IMG/VR virus record: IMGVR_UViG_3300025389_000097
Coordinates: 1 to 27,150 of that record
Reading direction: 5' to 3' (one strand)
Source of the DNA: a virus
Lineage: Duplodnaviria > Caudoviricetes
DNA length: 27,150 nt
Below, in pieces: positions 1 to 6,314 of the stretch (positions within the stretch are counted from its first letter, which is position 1; every line of letters begins with the position of its first letter). The translations under genes were made by a program, and so were the position numbers. Under the pieces are notes generated by a model. It saw only the letters and a list, made by a program, of their open reading frames with translations, did not search any database and had not been told where the DNA came from.

Positions 1-40
1 GTTTCAAGGAAGTTGGTATATAATACCTGATGGTGAGGTT

Positions 41-78
41 GGGTGTATAGACCCACCCTGGGCGTATAGACCCACCCT
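41..78. repeat. Two tandem 19-bp direct repeats GGG(T/C)GTATAGACCCACCCT
   Basis: 41-59 gggtgtatagacccaccct and 60-78 gggcgtatagacccaccct differ by one base. The first unit has internal dyad symmetry (GGGT-n6-ACCC). Confidence 0.9.
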
Positions 79-86
79 ACTAACCA

Positions 87-114
87 TTGATTTTAAAAAG
101 TTGTGGTGTATTCT
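87..114 (+). promoter_or_regulatory. Putative sigma70-type promoter giving a leaderless transcript
   Basis: TTGATT (87-92), 16-nt spacer, TATTCT (109-114), then ATG at 121 six nt later with no SD. A near copy of the motif lies at 2055-2084. Confidence 0.55.
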
Positions 115-120
115 TAGTGT

Positions 121-333
121 ATGGCTAGTGAAACAGAAATAGAAAGAGCTCGGGCAATAATGGACCGCGCCTCGTTGATCTACGCCCTAGATAACGTCAA
201 TCCCATCATTTCTGATATCCTTGACCAAATAACTCTTGACGTTCAGTTTCTATGTGATAGACTCTGGTCAGCTTGGGCTACAGTAGAGGCTTATCAACAA
301 GAACTGAGGGAATTATATGACGACAATTATTGA
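121..333 (+). CDS. Hypothetical protein (70 aa, acidic, helical)
   Basis: ORF directly after a promoter-like motif and overlapping the next gene. No recognisable motif. Confidence 0.7.
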   Translation: MASETEIERARAIMDRASLIYALDNVNPIISDILDQITLDVQFLCDRLWSAWATVEAYQQELRELYDDNY

Positions 334-532
334 GCAAATTATAGGCATTTACTTAGTAATTGCCCTTTTTGTGTTTTGTCGAATGTTCTTTATTGGCCGT
401 AGAATTGCTAAGCAGGTAGGCGTTCCCCTTCAGATGGGAGATTTCCTATCATCTATGGTTTTTGACTCAATTCGCTGGCTTTACTTCGTTATCTGGTTTG
501 GCCTAAAGTCATTCTTGGATGATTTGAAGTGA
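317..532 (+). CDS. Small hypothetical membrane protein (71 aa)
   Basis: SD-like GAGGG upstream. Hydrophobic N-terminal helix (IIGIYLVIALFVFC) and a second hydrophobic stretch (WLYFVIWFGL). GTGA overlap with the next gene. Confidence 0.75.
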   Translation: MTTIIEQIIGIYLVIALFVFCRMFFIGRRIAKQVGVPLQMGDFLSSMVFDSIRWLYFVIWFGLKSFLDDLK

Positions 533-1080
533 AAATCGTAGGACTTTGCGGATACGCACAGTCCGGCAAAGACACTCTTGCCAAGATGCTTGTGGAAAAA
601 GAGGGTTTTGAACGTCGGGCTTTTGCGGACTTAATGAAGGAAATGCTCCTTCGTATAAATCCCTATGTCCGTTATGCCAATGACTATGGCGTTTCTCAAT
701 ACATTACCGTTGAGGAACTAGTTAATGTTCTTGGCTGGGAAGAAGCAAAGAAGTATTCAAATGTCCGTCAAATGCTTCAACGCCTTGGCACCGAAGCAGG
801 CCGTGATATTCTTGGGGAAAACGTGTGGGTTAATGCAGTCTTTGAAACCTTTACAGGTGAAAAACTTGCTATCTCCGATGTAAGGTTTCCAAACGAAGCT
901 GAAGAAATTCGAAATCGTGGCGGAGCCATTGTACGTATTGTTCGAGAGGGATTTGGCCCAATAAACGGCCATGTTTCAGAAACTGCCTTTAAGGGGCAGG
1001 ATATTATTATCTATAACCAGGGAACCCCACAGGATATGTTGGATGAGTTCCGCAGGTTTGAAAAGGATTTTTATGAGTAA
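529..1080 (+). CDS. Deoxynucleoside monophosphate (dNMP) kinase, T4 gp1-like
   Basis: N-terminal P-loop IVGLCGYAQSGKDT, followed by AFAD, RQMLQRLGTEAGR, ISDVRFPNE and HVSE motifs typical of phage dNMP kinases. Confidence 0.92.
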   Translation: MKIVGLCGYAQSGKDTLAKMLVEKEGFERRAFADLMKEMLLRINPYVRYANDYGVSQYITVEELVNVLGWEEAKKYSNVRQMLQRLGTEAGRDILGENVWVNAVFETFTGEKLAISDVRFPNEAEEIRNRGGAIVRIVREGFGPINGHVSETAFKGQDIIIYNQGTPQDMLDEFRRFEKDFYE

Positions 1081-1405
1081 GACGAGAGCTAAGGGCACTG
1101 CATTTGAGTCCGAGGTTGTCAACTTTCTTAAGTCCCAAGGTTTTAATGAAGCTGAGAGAAACATCCTCAACTCACCCCTTGGAGATATTAAGAACGTTCC
1201 AATGGTTCTTGAATGCAAGAACCAGAAAACTATGACGCTTTCCGAGTGGATGCAACAGGCAGAAAACTCAGGGAAAAAAGCTGGGAAGCTACACGCCATT
1301 GTTCACAAGCGCCGAGGCAAGAATGTTTCAAAAGCCTATGTAACAATGGAGTTAGATCAATTCACAGAACTTCTTAAGGCTTTTGAATCTAAACCTTTGA
1401 CTTAA
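1073..1405 (+). CDS. Holliday junction resolvase-like PD-(D/E)xK nuclease (110 aa)
   Basis: KGTAFESEVV...GDI...LECKN...VHKRRG pattern of Hjc-like phage resolvases. Start moved from 971 to ATG 1073, which has AAGGA upstream and overlaps the kinase stop. Confidence 0.85.
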   Translation: MSKTRAKGTAFESEVVNFLKSQGFNEAERNILNSPLGDIKNVPMVLECKNQKTMTLSEWMQQAENSGKKAGKLHAIVHKRRGKNVSKAYVTMELDQFTELLKAFESKPLT

Positions 1406-1476
1406 TTACATTCTTGTGATTTACTTGTCAGTAAGATGTAGGACAGTGCATTTTTACTTAGGAGCGAAACACAATA

Positions 1477-2046
1477 ATGGCAAAAAAATTAAGTCGTCGG
1501 TCACAGCAACGCCTCAAGCGTATGTCGGACAGTATTGATTCCATCAACAAATTGGTGAATAGACTTAATTTAGCCGATATTGAAGAACTGGTTCGCCGAG
1601 ACGAAATCCCTGTTACTGGAGCAAATTCTGGTGGTGGCGGTAGTTTTGCCGTTGCCCGCAATGGTGGAAAGCCAAGTGGCTCCTCTGTAGAACGAGCTGT
1701 TATTGCCAAAATGGAAGGCCGAAAGGTTTACGACCCTGTACGTGAACAGGTAAAGAAGATTGAGCGTCGCATTATTGACACTGAAGAAAATCTTCGTCAA
1801 ATTCACGAAAGTATCAACGCTATTAAAGACGGCGTTGAAAAGAAACGTTCGCGACAAACATCAGAACCATGCGAAATCTGCATGATTTTGCCAGCCGTAA
1901 AGACGGCGATGTGCATTGGTTGTTATGGCGAGTGGGTTGAGAACGGCGCACCAGATCGTTTTCGCTGGAAGGCTTACAAGCGTATGCTGACCTCCGCAGA
2001 AGGAATCCCGCTTGTTGAATCACCACCCCCGCCGCGGCGTCAATAA
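1477..2046 (+). CDS. Hypothetical protein with coiled coil and C-terminal Cys4 zinc-finger-like motif
   Basis: SD AGGAG upstream. Heptad region VREQVKKIERRIIDTEENLRQIHESINAIK and CEIC-x10-CIGC. Confidence 0.8.
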   Translation: MAKKLSRRSQQRLKRMSDSIDSINKLVNRLNLADIEELVRRDEIPVTGANSGGGGSFAVARNGGKPSGSSVERAVIAKMEGRKVYDPVREQVKKIERRIIDTEENLRQIHESINAIKDGVEKKRSRQTSEPCEICMILPAVKTAMCIGCYGEWVENGAPDRFRWKAYKRMLTSAEGIPLVESPPPPRRQ

Positions 2047-2054
2047 TCAAACAA

Positions 2055-2082
2055 TTGACTTTTAGAAATGTTGATGTATTCT
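2055..2082 (+). promoter_or_regulatory. Putative promoter upstream of the packaging/virion module
   Basis: TTGACT (2055-2060), 16-nt spacer, TATTCT (2077-2082). 2055-2084 is 23/30 identical to 87-116. Confidence 0.5.
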
Positions 2083-2083
2083 T

Positions 2084-2260
2084 ATGACATACGATCGGGA
2101 GAATAGTGCCCCCACAACTGAGGAACTTATTCTCCTTGGTTTTGAGCAATGGCAGATCGCTATGATGCGAAAACTGCCCACAGACCTTCAATGGGTTGCC
2201 CATGATGAGTTCATTCGTCGTTTAATGTCTGATGAAGACATAGACAATTTCTATTTTTAG
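2084..2260 (+). CDS. Hypothetical protein (58 aa, not in ORF track)
   Basis: Hand translation MTYDRENSAPTTEELILLGFEQWQIAMMRKLPTDLQWVAHDEFIRRLMSDEDIDNFYF*. It fills the gap and its stop overlaps the SD of the next gene, but it has no SD of its own. Confidence 0.5.
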   Translation: MTYDRENSAPTTEELILLGFEQWQIAMMRKLPTDLQWVAHDEFIRRLMSDEDIDNFYF

Positions 2261-2268
2261 AGGAAACT

Positions 2269-2556
2269 ATGTCACACGAACAAAACGAATTTGACGATGA
2301 ATTTTCTTACATCGCTGCAGAGTTAACCGGACTTGTTGGAGAAAATGAAATCCAAGCGAGGGAAATGTTAGGCAACGCAAACTACGAAAAGGCAATTGCT
2401 TTTATTGAACGTAGTAATAAGCTCATGCTTGACAAAGAAGAAAATCAAATTAAATATCTTCAAGTCATTTCTGCACTTCACTCTTCTTTTATTCTTGGCA
2501 TACTAACTCTTTCTACTTTAAGTATCGCTTGGTCATTTTATTTTTGGTTTAAATAA
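2269..2556 (+). CDS. Hypothetical protein with C-terminal transmembrane helix (95 aa)
   Basis: SD AGAGGA. Acidic N-terminus and hydrophobic C-terminus FILGILTLSTLSIAWSFYFWF. TAATG overlap with terL. Confidence 0.8.
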   Translation: MSHEQNEFDDEFSYIAAELTGLVGENEIQAREMLGNANYEKAIAFIERSNKLMLDKEENQIKYLQVISALHSSFILGILTLSTLSIAWSFYFWFK

Positions 2557-4088
2557 TGCCCAACTTTGGTGAATTTATTTCCAATGCGGTTGTTCCGCCA
2601 ACGGTAGACGCTTTTGAATTACTTGGATACACTCCAACACCTCGACAACTAGCGTTTCACGAAGCTTCAAGAGAACGTCTTGATGCAATCCTTTATGGTG
2701 GAGCTGCAGGTGGTGGAAAATCTTGTGCATTTGTTATGGATGCAATTTGGAATGCCACAAACTTTCCTGGTATGAAAATCGGTTGTTTTCGACGCACATA
2801 CAACGAGCTTGAAGAATCATTCTTAGCTGAACTTGCAAAGCGTAATTACGCTCGTGCGGTTGGTGCAAAATGGAATGCAACAAACAGAGTTCTTAAATTT
2901 CCCAACGGATCTGTTATTAATTTTTCATACGCAGAAAACCTTGTTGACGCATCCCGTATTCTCGGTGGTGAATATCAAGCTTTCTACATTGACGAAGCTT
3001 CGCTAATGCTTCCTGTTGTTATTCAACACATTGAAGAGCGTCTTCGTTCTGGTAACCGATTGGTTCCAGTTATTGGTCTTCGACTTGCAACTAACCCTGG
3101 TGGGGTTGGTCACAAATATCTGAAAGATCGTTTTGTAAATCCGACTAAACGCGGTAAAATACGACACTCAGAAATGGTTGAAGGAACAAATCTTTCAAGA
3201 ACAGTTGCCTTTATTCCGGCAAAAGCATCAGATAACCCTCACATTAACGAGAGTTATGATGTTGTTCTTAACTCAATTCCCGACCCCCAGCGTCGAGCCG
3301 CAATGCGTGACGGTGACTGGGACGCAATGGTCGGGCAGTTCTTTGAACAATGGCAATTTTCAAAACACGTTGTTCAATCATTTCCCATTCCAAAAGAATG
3401 GCCTCGTTACGCTGGCATTGACTATGGTTATGCAGCTCCGTGGGCCGTTGTTTGGTTAGCAGTTGATAATGACGGTCGCATTTGGGTGTATCGCGAAGCG
3501 TACTCTACAAAAGTAAACGCCGATTATCAAGCAAAGATTATTCTTGAAACAGAAAAATCTGCTGGGGAATTTGAAGTTATCCGCGTAGCTGACCCCTCAA
3601 TGTGGGGTAGTCGTGGAACCCCACTTTCTATTGCCGACATTTATGGGCAAGAAGGTTGTGGAATTATGCCCGCTGACAATGATCGTATTAACGGTTGGTC
3701 GCGAGTGCATCACTATTTAAATGATGGACCCGCTTGCGAAATTCACCGCCAAGCTGGATTAGACAAATGTCCAATGATTCACGTCTTTGAAGACAAATGT
3801 CCAATGTTCATTGAAACTATTCCTGCACTTCCTCGTAGTTCTGCTAAACCAGATGACGCGGAAACAAAAAATGTTGACGACCACATTGCCGACGCATTGC
3901 GTTATGTAATTATGGCCGTTGGAACATATGCACGACCAATCTTGTATGATGAAGAACCACGGTTTAAACAAATCAGTTTTCCTAATACAATGGCTCAAGG
4001 ACCTGATCAAGAAAACGAAGGCATGGCTTTACCCATGTACGGCGGTGGAAAATTTGTCGGGGACTTTAATTCAACGAGTCCCTTTTAG
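2556..4088 (+). CDS. terL: Terminase large subunit
   Basis: Walker A YGGAAGGGKS, Walker B FYIDEA, coupling motif ATNPGG, and RNase H-like nuclease motifs GIDYG and DDHIADALRY. Confidence 0.96.
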   Translation: MPNFGEFISNAVVPPTVDAFELLGYTPTPRQLAFHEASRERLDAILYGGAAGGGKSCAFVMDAIWNATNFPGMKIGCFRRTYNELEESFLAELAKRNYARAVGAKWNATNRVLKFPNGSVINFSYAENLVDASRILGGEYQAFYIDEASLMLPVVIQHIEERLRSGNRLVPVIGLRLATNPGGVGHKYLKDRFVNPTKRGKIRHSEMVEGTNLSRTVAFIPAKASDNPHINESYDVVLNSIPDPQRRAAMRDGDWDAMVGQFFEQWQFSKHVVQSFPIPKEWPRYAGIDYGYAAPWAVVWLAVDNDGRIWVYREAYSTKVNADYQAKIILETEKSAGEFEVIRVADPSMWGSRGTPLSIADIYGQEGCGIMPADNDRINGWSRVHHYLNDGPACEIHRQAGLDKCPMIHVFEDKCPMFIETIPALPRSSAKPDDAETKNVDDHIADALRYVIMAVGTYARPILYDEEPRFKQISFPNTMAQGPDQENEGMALPMYGGGKFVGDFNSTSPF

Positions 4089-4101
4089 CGAAAGATAACC
4101 A

Positions 4102-5688
4102 ATGGGTATCACATCTTTTAGAAAGGGCATTGAAGAAGCCGCAAACGCAATGCTTGACGACATGTTTGATGTTGCTGAAGGTCGCCCAAAGGCGAGCCCA
4201 AAGCGTGCTGGTTTTGGTACTGGAATTCCAATTGGGGGATCAACAGAAACCAACCCAGGCGTAAACGTAACTGCCGGTACAATGGACCGCAATACGTTTA
4301 TGGAGCAATTGCTCCAAGCATACCTTGCTTGTCCATGGGCGTCCGCTGCAATTGACACAATTGCTCGCACCGCAACTGCCGGTGGCCTTGAGGTTTCTTA
4401 CGCAAGCCATGCTTACGGTAACAATGAAACACCACCCGCACCGCCAGAAGTTAAAGAAGTTCAAGAACTTCTTAAGTATGTAAATCCATACGACGACATT
4501 CGCCAACTTATGCGCAAGGTTATTACTGACCTTCTCATTTTTGGCGACTCATTCACAGAAGTTGTGTGGGTAATGGGTAAGCCAGTTGCGCTTTATCCTC
4601 TTGACCCAACAACCATGACCGTTCTTTCTGACGAACACGGTTCTGTAAGTGGATACACTCAAGTTACCAAAACTAACCGCAAGGCAAAGTTTAAGCGTAA
4701 CGAAGTTATTCACGTTAAGTTTGACTCACCAGGTGACACCCTTTATGGTGTATCACCAACGCAGAAAAACATTCTGCCTATCACTTCTTGGCTTTTTACA
4801 GCCGCGCTAATCAAGGAGACAATGAAGAAGGGTGACCCTCTTCGTGCTCACGTTGACTGGCCAATGGCGCTTCCTGAATCAGAAATGAAGCGTCTACAGC
4901 AACAATATGCTGTTCGAAATCTTGGCGCACGCAACATTGGTAACCTTTTTGAAACAAAGGGTGGAGCCGTTGTTCGTGAAATGGGAACAAACCAGATAAA
5001 TAACTGGCTCAACACCCTTCAACAACGCCGCGACGAAATCTTGTCTGGGTATGGTGTACCACCTTCAAAGGTTGGAGTCATCGAAGCCGGGAACATTGGT
5101 GGAGGAACAGGCACCCAGCAAGACAAAACTTTCCGTGTTAATACGGTTGGTCCAATTCAAGAAATTGTTCTTGAAAAATTTGCTTTCAAATTAATTTACG
5201 AAGTCTACGGAATTACTGACTGGACGCTTAAGTTCGGAGTGGTTGACTGGCGAGACGACGAAGTTATTGAAATGATTCGTGACCAACGTATTCGTAACGG
5301 TTCATGGACAATTAACCGCGCTCGTGGTGACATTGGTGAACCACCAATTGATGGTGGAGACGAAGCAGTTCTTGTTGACCGCCAGAACATGGTTCTATGG
5401 CAAGACATTCACGATTTGTCTAAGGCCAACCTTGGACTTGTTCAAGCTCAAGTTAAGACCGCAAATATGCCTGTTATGGGTAAGACCAACCCTGGTGGCA
5501 AAGATGCCTCAGTTGGTGATGGTGCTGATGCTCCTAAGAGCAAGCCTAAAACAAAACAAGCGCCCGCAAAGATTGACATGCTTGGATCTCCGAAGTCTAC
5601 TGAATCGGTAGAAGAACTTCGTGAAGAAATTCGTCAAATGTCTCAAGTTATTTCCCAATTAGTGGAGAAGTTAAATGACAACTCCTGA
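4102..5688 (+). CDS. Portal protein (HK97-like family)
   Basis: Follows terL. Motifs DLLIFGDSF, LYPLDPTTM, EVIHVK...LYGVSP, ILSGYGVPPSKVG and TINRAR...PIDGGD. Confidence 0.93.
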   Translation: MGITSFRKGIEEAANAMLDDMFDVAEGRPKASPKRAGFGTGIPIGGSTETNPGVNVTAGTMDRNTFMEQLLQAYLACPWASAAIDTIARTATAGGLEVSYASHAYGNNETPPAPPEVKEVQELLKYVNPYDDIRQLMRKVITDLLIFGDSFTEVVWVMGKPVALYPLDPTTMTVLSDEHGSVSGYTQVTKTNRKAKFKRNEVIHVKFDSPGDTLYGVSPTQKNILPITSWLFTAALIKETMKKGDPLRAHVDWPMALPESEMKRLQQQYAVRNLGARNIGNLFETKGGAVVREMGTNQINNWLNTLQQRRDEILSGYGVPPSKVGVIEAGNIGGGTGTQQDKTFRVNTVGPIQEIVLEKFAFKLIYEVYGITDWTLKFGVVDWRDDEVIEMIRDQRIRNGSWTINRARGDIGEPPIDGGDEAVLVDRQNMVLWQDIHDLSKANLGLVQAQVKTANMPVMGKTNPGGKDASVGDGADAPKSKPKTKQAPAKIDMLGSPKSTESVEELREEIRQMSQVISQLVEKLNDNS

Positions 5689-5809
5689 AAATTCACAACC
5701 GATTAAAATTAACGGCGAAGAACTTAAAAACGAAAATGAACCGGTAGTTCCTTTTAAAGGAATGACCGCGGCAAAGGCGGCTGCTCTCGTTAGCAAAGAA
5801 GTCGGCTAA
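5675..5809 (+). CDS. Small hypothetical protein (44 aa, not in ORF track)
   Basis: GGAG SD before ATG 5675. MTTPENSQPIKINGEELKNENEPVVPFKGMTAAKAAALVSKEVG*. Overlaps the portal end and is TAATG-coupled to the next ORF. Confidence 0.65.
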   Translation: MTTPENSQPIKINGEELKNENEPVVPFKGMTAAKAAALVSKEVG

Positions 5810-6303
5810 TGTCTGGTTCAAACTATCTGGGTCGTGCAGGTGCTTATGCAATGCACAGAAAATACCCAGCAGGTTCGCAAACCGCTGCACAATTAGCCTC
5901 TGAACGAGCAAACCTTATTAAAGCTCGTCAAGCACGTGGTGAATATCACCACACAAAATCTGCAACGTATAAAGGTTTAAGAAAATCAACTGCTAAAAGT
6001 CGTGGAAACGCGGCAGCAGGAAGAGCCTACAAGCACCTCGATGTTTTCTTTGAAAAAGGAAAAAACAGATCGCTTGGAACTAAGTACATTAAGTACTACA
6101 AAAAAGCTCGTTTAAAAAAATTACGCATTTCTGGTATTAACAAAAGGTTCCGTAGTCGTATTGGACCTTCAAGATATCTTGGAAGAACCGCTTGGGGTGC
6201 AAACCGTAGGCCGTCTTTCAAAAAACACCTTGGTAGACGCCACCGCCGTTTCCGATCGCAAAGTCGATGGAAAGGTCGCGGAAAAAGGTTTACACCTAGA
6301 TGA
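5809..6303 (+). CDS. Extremely basic Arg/Lys-rich protein (164 aa), possible nucleic-acid-binding head protein
   Basis: Hand count about 27 R + 20 K versus 4 D/E. Translationally coupled to the upstream ORF and fills the gap between portal and protease. Confidence 0.75.
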   Translation: MSGSNYLGRAGAYAMHRKYPAGSQTAAQLASERANLIKARQARGEYHHTKSATYKGLRKSTAKSRGNAAAGRAYKHLDVFFEKGKNRSLGTKYIKYYKKARLKKLRISGINKRFRSRIGPSRYLGRTAWGANRRPSFKKHLGRRHRRFRSQSRWKGRGKRFTPR

Positions 6304-6314
6304 GAAATTAAACT

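Noticed and set aside
41-78. Repeat as a mini CRISPR array
   Set aside because: Only two adjacent 19-bp units with no spacer and no cas genes.
2-142. Open + frame containing CIDPPWAY, resembling the DPPW motif of adenine methyltransferases
   Set aside because: The frame stops about 27 codons after the motif, too soon for an MTase fold, and the motif is produced by the 19-bp repeat.
529-1080. dNMP kinase as evidence for a modified-base pathway
   Set aside because: The enzyme is common in phages with ordinary DNA, and no base-modification genes are in the window.
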